Positions 37,314 through 47,609 are shown, counted from the stretch's first letter. The stretch is DNA of 64,000 nucleotides from Dehalococcoidia bacterium (GCA_963555985.3 OY820591.1:3072001-3136000); one strand, 5' to 3'. The notes: generated by a model not told the origin, from the sequence alone. Program-made: numbers and translations.

Positions 37314-38213
37314 TCACACCGCCCCAAACACCAACCCCCGCCACTCGTCCTCCGACCGCTCCCCCAGCAGCTCCAACCCCCGATCACGAAACGCCTCGAC
37401 GACCTCATCCCGCCGACGCTCAATCAACCCGCTCGTAATCAGGCGGCCGCCCGGCGACAACGACCCCACAAGCCCGTCCGCCAGACCTTGCAACAAGTCC
37501 GCCGTCAGATTCGCAACCACCAGCTCAAACCGTTCCCCAACCGGAATCGACAGCTCCCGTACCTCGATCCGCTCCGCGAGCCGGTTCCGCCGAGCCGTAT
37601 CCTGTGCCGCCTCTACCGCCAACGGATCAATATCCGTCGCAACTACCGAGGATGCCCCGAGCTTCGCCGCCGCAACCGCCAGAATCCCACTTCCCGTACC
37701 CACATCCAGCACGCTCATCCCGTCCTTCACCGTCTCTGCCAGCAGCGCCAGGCAGAGCCGCGTGCTCTGATGCAAGCCCGTGCCGAAGGCCAGGCCCGGA
37801 GCAAGCTCGATCACGATCTCACCGTTCTTGGGCCGGTAGTCGACATGCGGCGGACGCACCACGATCACCCGCCGACCGGGAATCCGCACCAACTCAAAGT
37901 GCTCGTGCCAGGCCGTTCGCCAATTGCGCTGGGGCAAGCTCTCCGCACGCGCCTGCGGCGGAGACTCGCTCCACAGATCATCGAGCGCCGCAGCAAGCCG
38001 AGGCGCAATCTGCGACCAGCGCTGGGGCGGCAGATAGGCGATCACTTGCGCCGTCTCAGTCCTCTGATCATGGCCCGGCCACGGCTCTTCTACCGGCTCC
38101 GCTACGTCCCACTCGACGACCGAGTTGAATACGCCCGCGATCTCGAACGCTGCGATCGCACGTTCCACATCGGCGGCGGGTACAGCGACAGAGGCGCGGA
38201 CAAGTCGAGCCAT
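37314..38213 (-). CDS. prmA: 50S ribosomal protein L11 methyltransferase
   Basis: PGLAFGTGLHQST, LDVGTGSGILA, VVANL; downstream of dnaJ. Confidence 0.92.
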   Translation of the reverse strand: MARLVRASVAVPAADVERAIAAFEIAGVFNSVVEWDVAEPVEEPWPGHDQRTETAQVIAYLPPQRWSQIAPRLAAALDDLWSESPPQARAESLPQRNWRTAWHEHFELVRIPGRRVIVVRPPHVDYRPKNGEIVIELAPGLAFGTGLHQSTRLCLALLAETVKDGMSVLDVGTGSGILAVAAAKLGASSVVATDIDPLAVEAAQDTARRNRLAERIEVRELSIPVGERFELVVANLTADLLQGLADGLVGSLSPGGRLITSGLIERRRDEVVEAFRDRGLELLGERSEDEWRGLVFGAV

Positions 38214-38227
38214 GATCGTCGGCGAGC

Positions 38228-39358
38228 TTAGTTACTGAACGCCCCGCGAATGCGCGAGAACATCCCGCCGCCCTTGCCGTTGGCGGCGCTCGGGTCATCC
38301 AGCACTTCCGCCAACTGCTCAAACAGTTCGCGCTGCTCCGAAGACAGTTTGTCGGGAATCTGCACCGCCACCAACACGCGCAAGTCGCCGCGACCGCGGC
38401 CGCGCAGGTGCGGCACGCCCTGTCCGCGCAGCCGGAACTCGCGCCCGTGCTGCGTCGCCGGCGGCACATCCAGTGGCTGCCGTCCGCCCTCCAACGAGGG
38501 AATCTCCACCTCGGTCCCCAGCGCCGCCTGGGCCACATTCAGACGCAGTGGCAGCACCAGGTCGTCGCCGTCGCGCTCGAAGAGCTCATGCGGCTTGACC
38601 CGTAGATCGACGTAGAGGTTGCCCGCTGGCCCGCCGCGCATCCCCGCGTCGCCCTCGCCCGAGAGCCGCATCTGCGCGCCGTCGCTGACCCCGGCGGGAA
38701 TGTTCACCTTCAGCCGCCGGTTGCGTTGCTCGCGCCCGACGCCGCCGCAAGCGTTGCAGGGATGCTCGATCACCGAGCCTTCACCCTCGCAGGCCTCGCA
38801 GGGCGCGACATTGACGAACCGCCCAAACACATTGCGCTGCACCCGCCGCACTTCGCCCGTCCCATCGCAGACCACACAGGGCGCGCGCTGCGTACCCGGT
38901 TCCGCTCCCCCGCCCCCGCAGACCGTGCAGTGCTCCAACCGCGACGCCCGAATCTCCTGCTCCGCGCCAAACACCGCTTCCTCGAAGTCGAGCTCGATCT
39001 GGATCCGCAAATCGCCGCCCCGAACCGGTCCCGCCGCCCGCCGCCCGCCGAAGAAGGCGTCGAAGATGTCGCCGAAACCGCCGAAGTCGAACCCCTCGAA
39101 GCCGCCGCCCTGGGCAAAGTCGGCCGTCGAGCCGTAGCGGTCGTACTTCGCTCGCTTCTCCGGATCCGACAGCACCTCATACGCCGCCGCAATCCGCTTG
39201 AACTGAGTCTCGGCAGCCGCCTTCTCGGACTCCTCCGTCACCCGGTCGGGGTGATGCTCCATCGCCAATTTGCGAAAGGAGCGCCGAATATCGTCCTGGG
39301 AAGCGGCGCGCTCAACACCAAGAATCTCGTAGAAGTCGTCGGAGGTCGTGTTGGCCAT
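38228..39358 (-). CDS. dnaJ: chaperone DnaJ
   Basis: HPD J-domain, G/F region, four CxxCxGxG repeats. Confidence 0.96.
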   Translation of the reverse strand: MANTTSDDFYEILGVERAASQDDIRRSFRKLAMEHHPDRVTEESEKAAAETQFKRIAAAYEVLSDPEKRAKYDRYGSTADFAQGGGFEGFDFGGFGDIFDAFFGGRRAAGPVRGGDLRIQIELDFEEAVFGAEQEIRASRLEHCTVCGGGGAEPGTQRAPCVVCDGTGEVRRVQRNVFGRFVNVAPCEACEGEGSVIEHPCNACGGVGREQRNRRLKVNIPAGVSDGAQMRLSGEGDAGMRGGPAGNLYVDLRVKPHELFERDGDDLVLPLRLNVAQAALGTEVEIPSLEGGRQPLDVPPATQHGREFRLRGQGVPHLRGRGRGDLRVLVAVQIPDKLSSEQRELFEQLAEVLDDPSAANGKGGGMFSRIRGAFSN

Positions 39359-39489
39359 GGGGATGCAGTCAGGTCCGGTCAGTCGAGTCTAGGGCGCACA
39401 GATACCTCTAAGGTACCGCGAGTCAGTCAGCGAGCGGGATAAGCGAGTGAGCAGAGCGGGAGAATCAATTCCTGCATCCGCCATATCTC

Positions 39490-39560
39490 CGTCATTCCCA
39501 CCTAATGTCCCTCCGTCATACCCGCGCTTGCCGCGGGTATCTCGATGTGAGCGGCATGAC
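39490..39560. repeat. CGTC-type repeat cluster
   Basis: CGTCATACCCGCGCTTGCCGCGGGTATCTCGATGTGAGC, identical to 54828-54866. Confidence 0.85.
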
Positions 39561-39647
39561 AGTCGCGCTTGGGCCAAGCGATGCGGGGTGGAGATCAACG
39601 AGGACAGAATAGTGTGAATAGGTGCTATAGCGGGAAGGACTGATCCC

Positions 39648-40022
39648 ATGAGCGGCCACCACCCCTGGAGCGAGATCGCCAAGAAATTCTCGCCCGAACA
39701 GCGGCGCAGGATTGACGCCATCAAGCGCGAGCTGTTGGCTGAGCTGCCCTTACACGAATTGCGCCAGGCCCGCGCTCTGACCCAGCAAGACGTGGCTGAG
39801 ACACTCAACGTCAACCAACCGGCCGTGGCCAAGCTGGAACAGCGCGCGGATATCTACGTCTCCAGCCTGCGCAACTACATCGAAGCCGCCGGCGGACGCC
39901 TGAAGATCATCGCTGAATTCCCGGAGGGCGATGTCGCCATCACCAACTTTGCCAGCGTCGGAGACGACGGCGAGCCGTCGGCGGAACATCAGCCAACAAG
40001 CGCGAGCAGCGACGCGCCTTAG
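39648..40022 (+). CDS. XRE-family HTH protein (HigA-like antitoxin)
   Basis: [45 protein letters not shown]. Confidence 0.85.
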   Translation: MSGHHPWSEIAKKFSPEQRRRIDAIKRELLAELPLHELRQARALTQQDVAETLNVNQPAVAKLEQRADIYVSSLRNYIEAAGGRLKIIAEFPEGDVAITNFASVGDDGEPSAEHQPTSASSDAP

Positions 40023-41914
40023 ACCTCCCGGAACTCCCCCTCCACCGTGTCATCGTCGACCGGAGGCTCCCCCGCGCCCGGCTCGCCGGACGCCTGCTGC
40101 TGACCGTAGACCCGCTCGCCGACCTTCATCAGGGTCGTGTTCAGATCGTCCAGCGCGCTCTGGATCGGCGCCGTGTCCAAGTCTTCGCTTTCGAGCGCCG
40201 TGCGTACGGCGGCGATCTTCGCGGTCAACTCTTCCTTCAGCTCGTCGTCGAGCTTGTCTTCGTTCTCGCGCATCACCTTTTCCGCCTCGTAGGCGGTCGT
40301 GTCGGCGCGATTGCGGACTTCGGCTGCTTCGCGGCGCTGCTTGTCTTCCTCGGCGTGCTCTTCGGCGTCGCGCTGCATCTGCTCGATCTCGTCGTCCGAG
40401 AGACCGCTCGCCGCCTGAATCGTGATCCGCTGCTCCTTACCGGTGCCCTTGTCCTGCGCGCCGACGTTGAGAATCCCGTTGGCGTCGATGTCGAACGTCA
40501 CCTCGATCTGCGGCATCCCGCGCGGAGCGGGCAGAATCCCGTCGAGGATGAAGCGGCCCAGCGACTTGTTGCCGCCCGCGATCTCACGCTCGCCCTGGAG
40601 CACGTGAATCTCCACCTGCGACTGGTTGTCGGCCGCGGTCGAGAACACCTGGCTCTTGGACGTGGGAATCGTCGTGTTGCGCGGAATCAACGGAGTCGAG
40701 ACCCCGCCCAGCGTCTCGATTCCGAGCGTCAGCGGGGTCACATCGAGCAGCAACACGTCCTTCACTTCGCCCCGCAGCACGCCCGCCTGGATCGCCGCGC
40801 CCAGCGCGACCACCTCGTCCGGGTTCACGCCCCGGTGGGGTTCCTTGTTGAAGAACTGCTCCACCTTCTGCTGCACCAGCGGCATTCGTGTCTGACCGCC
40901 GACCAACACCACCTCGTCGACCTGGTCGCGCGTGATCCCCGCGTCGTCCAGCGCCTTGCGGCAGGGCGCGAGCGTGCGGTCGACCAGCTCTAGCACCAGC
41001 TGCTCAAGCGTGGCTCGGGTCAGCGTGTGCGTGAAGTGCTTCGGACCCGAAGCGTCGGCGGTGATATAGGGCAGGTTGATCTCGGTCGATTGCGTCGTGC
41101 TCAGTTCGACCTTGGCTCGTTCCGCCGCCTCCTTCAGCCGCTGCAACGCCATCCGATCCTGCGACAGATCAATCGCCTGCTCCTTGCGGAAGGTGTCGAC
41201 CAGGTGATCCATCAAGCGCTGGTCGAAGTCATCGCCGCCGAGGAACGTGTCGCCGTTGGTCGAGCGCACCTGGAAGGTACCCTCGCCCAGTTCGAGGATC
41301 GAGATGTCGAATGTGCCCCCGCCCAAGTCGTAGACGGCGATGTAGTGGTCGTCCTGCTTCTCCAACCCGTACGCCAGCGAGGCGGCAGTGGGCTCGTTGA
41401 TGATCCGCAGCACGTTCAGTCCGGCGATCCGGCCCGCGTCCTTGGTCGCGTTGCGCTGCGAGTCGTCGAAATAGGCCGGAACCGTGATCACCGCCTCCGA
41501 AATCGTCTCGCCCAGGTACGCCTCTGCGTCCGCCTTGAGCTTCTGCAAGACCATCGCCGACACCTCGGGCGGCGAGTAGGAGCGGTCTCCCATATGCACC
41601 CAGGCGTCGCCGTTTTCCGCTCCCTCAACCCGATAGGGGAGCAACTGCGTCGCGTTGCGCACGACCGGATCGGCGTAGCGCCGACCCATCAGCCGCTTGA
41701 CGCTGAAGAGCGTGTCCTCTGGATTGGTCACGGCTTGACGCTTGGCCGCCGTACCCACAATCCGCTCACCGGTCTTGGTCATCGCCACCACCGACGGCGT
41801 CGTCCGGTTCCCTTCCTGATTCGGGATCACCGTCGGCTCGCCGCCTTCCATCACCGCGACCACCGAGTTGGTCGTGCCCAGGTCGATCCCAATCACGCGG
41901 CTGTTGTTGGCCAT
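40019..41914 (-). CDS. dnaK: chaperone DnaK
   Basis: [44 protein letters not shown]. Confidence 0.98.
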   Translation of the reverse strand: MANNSRVIGIDLGTTNSVVAVMEGGEPTVIPNQEGNRTTPSVVAMTKTGERIVGTAAKRQAVTNPEDTLFSVKRLMGRRYADPVVRNATQLLPYRVEGAENGDAWVHMGDRSYSPPEVSAMVLQKLKADAEAYLGETISEAVITVPAYFDDSQRNATKDAGRIAGLNVLRIINEPTAASLAYGLEKQDDHYIAVYDLGGGTFDISILELGEGTFQVRSTNGDTFLGGDDFDQRLMDHLVDTFRKEQAIDLSQDRMALQRLKEAAERAKVELSTTQSTEINLPYITADASGPKHFTHTLTRATLEQLVLELVDRTLAPCRKALDDAGITRDQVDEVVLVGGQTRMPLVQQKVEQFFNKEPHRGVNPDEVVALGAAIQAGVLRGEVKDVLLLDVTPLTLGIETLGGVSTPLIPRNTTIPTSKSQVFSTAADNQSQVEIHVLQGEREIAGGNKSLGRFILDGILPAPRGMPQIEVTFDIDANGILNVGAQDKGTGKEQRITIQAASGLSDDEIEQMQRDAEEHAEEDKQRREAAEVRNRADTTAYEAEKVMRENEDKLDDELKEELTAKIAAVRTALESEDLDTAPIQSALDDLNTTLMKVGERVYGQQQASGEPGAGEPPVDDDTVEGEFREV

Positions 41915-41934
41915 CGTGCGAACTCCTTGATTCC

Positions 41935-42525
41935 TTACTCGTCGTCGTTCGAGGGAGCGTCGCCGGCCGGACTGACCTGGCCGTTGCCGACCATCACCTG
42001 AGTCGCGCGCAAGACGCGCCCGCTCACGGTGTAGCCGGTGCGCAGCACGGCGACGATTTCGTTGTGTTCGCCGGGGAGTTGTCCCACGGCTTCATGCAGG
42101 TTGGGGTCGAAGCGCTCGCCCTCGGTCTCGATCGGCAGCACGCGCTGTTTCAGCAGTAGACCCTGCAACTTTGTCTGAATCGCCACCACGCCTGCGCGCC
42201 AGGCATCCGACTCACCTGAATCGTCGGCCACGGCGCGCTCAAAGTCGTCGGCCAAGTCCAGCAAATCCAGCAGGATCCCCTGCTGCCGACGCTGCACTTG
42301 ATCGCGCACATCCTGCGCCGAGCGGCGCTTGAGGTTCTCGTAGTCGGCCTGCGCCCGCTGCCAACCGGCCAGGTTGCGCGCCGCCTCCTCGCGCGCTTGC
42401 ACGAGCTCAACCTCCGCCGCCTCCGGTGCGTCCGCCTCACCGTTCACGATGTCGTCTTCGCCCAATTCGTCCGGAACGCCCGTCGGAGCGTCACTTGCAG
42501 GGGTATCGGCTTGATCATCGCTCAT
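41935..42525 (-). CDS. grpE: nucleotide exchange factor GrpE
   Basis: [23 protein letters not shown]...RVLR. Confidence 0.93.
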   Translation of the reverse strand: MSDDQADTPASDAPTGVPDELGEDDIVNGEADAPEAAEVELVQAREEAARNLAGWQRAQADYENLKRRSAQDVRDQVQRRQQGILLDLLDLADDFERAVADDSGESDAWRAGVVAIQTKLQGLLLKQRVLPIETEGERFDPNLHEAVGQLPGEHNEIVAVLRTGYTVSGRVLRATQVMVGNGQVSPAGDAPSNDDE

Positions 42526-43580
42526 GCGTTGGCTCCGTAGACGGTGTCCATCAACTCCTCCAACAGGTGCGAGTAGAAGCGCGCCGCCGCGATCGAGCGC
42601 ATGTAATTCATCCGTGTCGGCCCAATCACGCCCACATAGCCGGGCGCGCCGTCATCGCCGTCGTGTAACCCATAGGGCGCAATCACGAGCGAGCAATCCT
42701 GCAAGATCTCGCTCGGGTGATCCTCGCCGATCAACACGCTCATCCCCGTCTCGGCGCCGTGTTCGATCACTGTCGCCGGTACCAGCTCCTCCACCGCCCG
42801 CCGATCCACCAACTCGATCAGCTCCAGCGAGCGATCCGGCTCAGTCTGAAACTCCGGCTGCGCGATCATCCCGCCCAGACCGGAAATGCTCGGCACCGCC
42901 GCGCGCTGCACATCGTGATCGAGCACGCGAGCGAGCGCCGCCAGTACAAAGCGCTCGTCTTCGTCCGGCGCCGTCTCCGCCGCCGAACGCACCTCGTCTG
43001 CGCTCTGACCCCGAAACTCCCCGCTAATCCGCGCCGCCAAATCCGACAGCTCGTCCGCCTCCAACGGTTGTCGCAGCGGCATCAACTGCCGAATCAAGCG
43101 AGCCTCCTGTACCACCACAATCATCAGCGCGAGCAGATCGTTCAGCGAGATCAGCTCCATCTGCCGCACCCGCAACCGTCGCGGTCGCGGCGGAGCGACG
43201 ATCGCCAACAGGCCCAGCGACTGCCCCAGCACGGTCGCCGCCAGACCCACCCATTCGTCCACCGCCGGAGCGGCCTGGTAAAACTGGTGCCGCAGACTCG
43301 CCTGTTCCGCAATCCCCAGCTCCACATGACCCATCAGCGACTCCACGAAATGCCGGTAGCCACGATTCGAGGGCACCCGGCCCGCCGACGTATGCGGATG
43401 AGTCAGATAGCCCGCCTCCTCGAGCGCGTGCATCTCATGCCGAATCGTCGCCGCAGAGGCGGGCAGCGCGTACTTCTCGACCACATGCCGGGAGGCGACC
43501 GGCGTCGCGGTCTCGATGTAGTCCTGGACGACCAGTTGGAGTATGCCCGCGCGGCGGTCGGACAGAGGCTCCCGAGGCAT
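42522..43580 (-). CDS. hrcA: heat-inducible transcription repressor
   Basis: SAATIRHEM, HTSAGRVPS, GVIGPTRMNY. Confidence 0.95.
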   Translation of the reverse strand: MPREPLSDRRAGILQLVVQDYIETATPVASRHVVEKYALPASAATIRHEMHALEEAGYLTHPHTSAGRVPSNRGYRHFVESLMGHVELGIAEQASLRHQFYQAAPAVDEWVGLAATVLGQSLGLLAIVAPPRPRRLRVRQMELISLNDLLALMIVVVQEARLIRQLMPLRQPLEADELSDLAARISGEFRGQSADEVRSAAETAPDEDERFVLAALARVLDHDVQRAAVPSISGLGGMIAQPEFQTEPDRSLELIELVDRRAVEELVPATVIEHGAETGMSVLIGEDHPSEILQDCSLVIAPYGLHDGDDGAPGYVGVIGPTRMNYMRSIAAARFYSHLLEELMDTVYGANA

Positions 43581-43625
43581 CACAGCTCCGCTCTGCTGAT
43601 AACGTTCAGCGTCAATTCATCAGTT

Positions 43626-43652
43626 CTGGCACTCTCACAGTGAGAGTGCTAA
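43626..43652 (-). promoter_or_regulatory. CIRCE operator
   Basis: Minus strand TTAGCACTC-N9-GAGTGCCAG vs consensus TTAGCACTC-N9-GAGTGCTAA, directly upstream of hrcA. Confidence 0.93.
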
Positions 43653-43659
43653 CGAGGCG

Positions 43660-43688
43660 ATCCTATCAGCCCCAAGCGAGCACGGCAA
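43660..43688 (-). promoter_or_regulatory. sigma70-type promoter of the hrcA operon
   Basis: TTGCCG-17 nt-TAGGAT, ending 7 nt before CIRCE. Confidence 0.65.
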
Positions 43689-43776
43689 TCGCCGCCGCGC
43701 CTCCTCAGAGCGCTCACGCAACAGAAATCCGCCCGCTGCGTCACCTGTGATACCTATCTATGGGAACTCTGAACAA

Positions 43777-43846
43777 CTCTCCCCCCGCACCGCGAGGGGC
43801 GATGTCACGCAGCCTGCCCCAGCGTAGGCAGGGGTGACAGAGGGGG
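43777..43846. repeat. CTCTCCCC-type repeat with AGCCTG module
   Basis: CTCTCCCCCCGCACCGCGAGGGGCGATGTCACGC[AGCCTGCCCCAGCGTAGGCAGGGG]TGACAGAGGGGG. Confidence 0.75.
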
Positions 43847-43870
43847 TCCCGACAAGCGGAGAGCACACCC

Positions 43871-45097
43871 ATGACCACACCGAGCACGACCGAAGACACA
43901 GAACGCCGCCGCGTCGTGATCACCGGCCTCGGCGCAATCACCGCAGCCGGCCCCACAACCGCAGACCTCTGGCGCGCCCTCTGCGAAGCAACCGTCCACA
44001 CCGCCCCGCTCACTGCCTTCGATCCGCCCCGGCCAGCCGCCGCCGGACAGATCCCCAACTACGCCGGACCAGCCGGCGTTCCCGCCTGGCTGCTGCAACG
44101 CATGGATCGCGCCTCCCAACTCGCGCTCGACGCCGCAATCCAGGCCGTCGAAGACGCCCGCATCGTCTTTAGCCAGGCCAACGCCCACGCCGTCGGCGCG
44201 ATCACCGGTACCGCCCACCCAGGTGTGGGAGCAAGCTGGGCCGCGCTCGGCTCCGGTCTTGCCGGCGTCTCCGTCGGCCTCGACATCGCCGGACCCGTCT
44301 TCACCATCTCCGCCGGCGGCGCATCCGGCCTAGCCGCTGTTGTGACCGCTACCCAATTGATCCGCAACGGAGTCATCCGCGCGGCGCTCGCGATCGGCGC
44401 TGAAGCCCCGCTCCGAGCCGAAGTCTGGAACCAGTACGAGGCCGCCGGCCTGCTCGATCCGACTGACGATCCTCAAGCCCAGCGCCCCTTCGACGCCCGC
44501 CGTCAAGGACTCGTCCTCGGTGAAGGAGCCGCAGCGCTGATGCTCGAAGACCGCCAACTCGCCACCCAGCGCGGAGTCGACATCTACGCCGAAATCGGCG
44601 GCGAAGCGATGAGCGCCGGCCCGATCGGCGACGGCCAAGCCCCAACCGACGTCGAAATCGCTCGCAGAGCCATCGGCGAAGCGCTCCTCAGCGGCGAAGT
44701 CGCCCCGGGCGACATCGATGTCGTCGTCAGCGCTGGCATCGGTACCCCCAAGGGCGACCCCCGCGAAACCGACCTGCTTGAGCGCTCCTTCGGTCGCCGC
44801 GTGCTCGACATGTATGTCACCGCGCCCACTCCAAACATCGGCTACACCATCGGCGCAGCCGGCGCGCTCAACGCCGTCGCCACCGCCAAAGTCGTCGCCG
44901 AGCGCCAAATCTTCCCCCACGCCACCTACGCCGAGCCGGACATCGAGTGCGGCCTCGACATCGCCAAACGCCTCTACCAAGACCGCATCGTCGGGGCCGT
45001 CACCACCGCCCACGGAAGCCACGGCCAAAACGTCGCCCTCGCCCTCCTCCCCCACATCCCCGAACCAGGCGACGAATTGCCCGTGCTCATCAACTAG
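43871..45097 (+). CDS. beta-ketoacyl synthase-like protein lacking catalytic residues
   Basis: RRVVITGLG, RPFDARRQGLVLGEGAA present; catalytic motifs read SAGGASG, SAGIGT, PNIGY. Confidence 0.8.
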   Translation: MTTPSTTEDTERRRVVITGLGAITAAGPTTADLWRALCEATVHTAPLTAFDPPRPAAAGQIPNYAGPAGVPAWLLQRMDRASQLALDAAIQAVEDARIVFSQANAHAVGAITGTAHPGVGASWAALGSGLAGVSVGLDIAGPVFTISAGGASGLAAVVTATQLIRNGVIRAALAIGAEAPLRAEVWNQYEAAGLLDPTDDPQAQRPFDARRQGLVLGEGAAALMLEDRQLATQRGVDIYAEIGGEAMSAGPIGDGQAPTDVEIARRAIGEALLSGEVAPGDIDVVVSAGIGTPKGDPRETDLLERSFGRRVLDMYVTAPTPNIGYTIGAAGALNAVATAKVVAERQIFPHATYAEPDIECGLDIAKRLYQDRIVGAVTTAHGSHGQNVALALLPHIPEPGDELPVLIN

Positions 45098-45145
45098 AGC
45101 TTCATCCCTCACACCGGCACACCCGTCACACCTGCGCCCCCTCCG

Positions 45146-46162
45146 TCATTCCCGCGAAGGCGGGAAGGTGGGTTCACATTGCAACTGCAACAACTGCCGA
45201 CCGAAGACTTCGGCCGGGGAGAGGTAGTCGAGGCACTGGCGGGGGGTGTTGTTGTACAACTGCAGCACTTCGATCAAACGCGCGAGGCTGAGTTGGGCGA
45301 GGTCGAGCCGGCGCGGCAGGACCCGGCGCAGGCGTCCGATCGCATTCTCGATCCCGCCCTTCTGCCAGGGCGCGTAGGGGTCGCAGAAGAAGGTCTCCAC
45401 GCCCAGCCGGTGCAGTTCGTAGTGGCGGGCGAACTCGGTCCCGTTGTCGAACGCGACCGTGCGCCGCAGGGCGGGCGGCCAGGCGCGGAGCAGGCTGAGC
45501 AGCAGGCGCGCGACCGGAGCGGCCGCCTTGCCCGCCACGGGCAAGCCCACGAGCAGCCGCGAGGAGCGCTCGTGCAGCATCAGCAGGAGCGGACCGCCGC
45601 GCCCGAAGAGCATCAGGTCGGCCTCCCAGTGACCGGCTTCGAGCCGCCCGGCGGCCGCCGCCGGGCGCTCGCTCAGGGGCCGCCGCAGTTGGATGCGCTC
45701 GACCGAACTGCCGCCTTTGCGCCCGCGCCAACCGCGTTTCGCCTTGCGCCGCGGCAGATACTGGCGCCAACCGCCGCCGCGGCCGGGCTTGGCCCGCGAG
45801 GCTTGGGCGTAGATGAAGCGATAGATGCTCTCGTGCGAGATCACCGGCGCGCCCGCCTCGCGCGCCAGCCGGCCTGCGACCTGTTGCGGCGAGAGCCCGC
45901 GGGCCAACTCGCGCAGCACCCGCGCGCGCAGCTGATCGTCGCGTTCCAGCCGCGAACCGCGCCAGCGCCGCGCCTGGGCCTGTTGCTGGGCGTAGTCGGG
46001 ACGGTAGCCGTCGCGCGCCGTGTTGCGTTTCAGCTCTCGAGCAATCGTCGATGGCGAGCGATCCAGAGCTGCAGCGATCTGCCGGATCGAGCGCCCCTCG
46101 GCCTGTAAGCGGGCAACCGCGCATCGCTCCGCCAGGTCCAACTGCGTGTACTGCGCGCCCAT
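45146..46162 (-). CDS. IS30-family transposase
   Basis: HTH SIRQIAAALDRSPSTIARELKRN, ISHESIY, GHWEAD, DNGTEF, PWQKGGIEN. Confidence 0.95.
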   Translation of the reverse strand: MGAQYTQLDLAERCAVARLQAEGRSIRQIAAALDRSPSTIARELKRNTARDGYRPDYAQQQAQARRWRGSRLERDDQLRARVLRELARGLSPQQVAGRLAREAGAPVISHESIYRFIYAQASRAKPGRGGGWRQYLPRRKAKRGWRGRKGGSSVERIQLRRPLSERPAAAAGRLEAGHWEADLMLFGRGGPLLLMLHERSSRLLVGLPVAGKAAAPVARLLLSLLRAWPPALRRTVAFDNGTEFARHYELHRLGVETFFCDPYAPWQKGGIENAIGRLRRVLPRRLDLAQLSLARLIEVLQLYNNTPRQCLDYLSPAEVFGRQLLQLQCEPTFPPSRE

Positions 46163-46206
46163 GGGCTCACCTCAATCATCTGTCGCACTTCGTCTGTGAG
46201 ACTAGG
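45167..46206 (-). mobile_element. IS30-family insertion sequence inserted in a CGTC repeat
   Basis: Imperfect IRs TCACATTGCAACTGCAACA / TCACAGACGAAGTGCGACA; GAA repeated on both sides; flanks rejoin to CGTCATTCCCGCGAAGGCGGGAATC. Ends uncertain by 1-2 bp. Confidence 0.85.
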
Positions 46207-46279
46207 GAATCTCGAAGCACCCAATCAACCCAACCGGACCAGACCTTCGACGGACCCCGATCCTCCCATCGCAGATCCC

Positions 46280-46326
46280 CTCTCCCCCCGCACCGCGTGG
46301 GGAGATGTCCCAGAGGGACAGAGGGG
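46280..46326. repeat. CTCTCCCC-type repeat (no insert)
   Basis: CTCTCCCCCCGCACCGCGTGGGGAGATGTCCCAGAGGGACAGAGGGG. Confidence 0.75.
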
Positions 46327-46414
46327 AGCCCAGCCATCGGCGATAGCCTGACCAAGAAGTCAAGAGCCGCGCACAGACACAGCTGCACAAGCGTGGGTGA
46401 AGAGGATCGACCCG

Positions 46415-47341
46415 ATGATCGACACGGTGAACTACGGACGTCTGAGCGAGGGCCTGCTGATCTACCAGATCGCTATGCAGCGCTTCATTGCCCGAACGCT
46501 GCGAACCGCCAACAACGGGGCAGGAGACTGGTTCCGTGATCTGGCCCTCACGTCGCTCAAGGGCGATCGGCTCAAGAACTTGGAGCGAAATTTGACGGAA
46601 ACTGACGACGGATCCAATCCAGAGCAGCTACTAGACGCCAGCCATTTTCCAGAGGTAATCGATGCCAACTGGGAATTGTTCAGGGGTGCTTTCAAAGATC
46701 GCAACCAGGTAAAGAGTCAGACCCGACGGATCAGAAAATGGCGGCCGCCCTGGGCGCACCCGTCTGACAAGACAACAGGAGAATTGACGAATGCCAATGT
46801 GGATGAACGACTGGAGACATGCCAGCTCGTAGTGGGAAGGTTCGACTCCGAGGCCGCAAAGCGGCTTGAGACCTTGCGGACGCGCACGAACGCTGATGCA
46901 GACGCGGCAGCATCGAACTCCATGGCAGGCGACGAATCGACTTCGCCGGTGACAGACAATAGTGAAGTCGATCCAGAACTGGATGCACGGATTGAACAGT
47001 GGAGAGCCGAGCACGCAGAAAAAGTCAAGCGACTGCGTCGGAAGTTTCGGCTGTATCAGCAAGCGGCGGCAAGGAAAGCAGCCCTGAGTGTGGCTGAAAG
47101 GGCGCTCGCAGATGCAGAGTCGGACTTGTATGAGGATGTTCAGGAGGAGTGGAGTGAAGCGCATTCCTTCCAGTGGGACGACTGCTTGGCAGGTCTACTC
47201 CAAGCGACCTTCGATGCAGGCTATCCGCGTGGACACCTTGTCGAGGACTATGGCAACGGCAGTGGAACCATCCAGTTTGACGTATCCGAGAGAGACTTGA
47301 GATTCGACATAGAAATCAAAATTGAGCTCCGAGACGGGTGA
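46415..47341 (+). CDS. Swt1-like HEPN domain protein with coiled-coil C-terminus
   Basis: LLDASHFPEVIDANWELF...RKWRPPWAH (Rx4H); lower GC than flanks. Confidence 0.6.
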   Translation: MIDTVNYGRLSEGLLIYQIAMQRFIARTLRTANNGAGDWFRDLALTSLKGDRLKNLERNLTETDDGSNPEQLLDASHFPEVIDANWELFRGAFKDRNQVKSQTRRIRKWRPPWAHPSDKTTGELTNANVDERLETCQLVVGRFDSEAAKRLETLRTRTNADADAAASNSMAGDESTSPVTDNSEVDPELDARIEQWRAEHAEKVKRLRRKFRLYQQAAARKAALSVAERALADAESDLYEDVQEEWSEAHSFQWDDCLAGLLQATFDAGYPRGHLVEDYGNGSGTIQFDVSERDLRFDIEIKIELRDG

Positions 47342-47348
47342 AGCCGCC

Positions 47349-47609
47349 ATGACCCAATACCCCGCCCTGCTTGACGGCGGCGAAGGCGCCTACGGCGTGG
47401 CGTTCCCCGATTTGCCCGGCATCGCCGCCATGGGCCGCACCGTCGACGAAGCGCTCGCCAACGCCGCCGAAGCCCTGCGTGATTACGCGCTGGAAACCGA
47501 GCGCGACGGCGACGACCTCATACCGCCCAGCGCAGCGCACACCCTCCGCATCCCCAGCGGCAACCAGTTGGTGTTCATCCCCCTCGCTCCCACCCCCGCC
47601 CAGACCTGA
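47349..47609 (+). CDS. hicB: HicB-family antitoxin
   Basis: YGVAFPDLPG..AMGRTVDEALANAAEAL...IPPPS. Confidence 0.85.
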   Translation: MTQYPALLDGGEGAYGVAFPDLPGIAAMGRTVDEALANAAEALRDYALETERDGDDLIPPSAAHTLRIPSGNQLVFIPLAPTPAQT

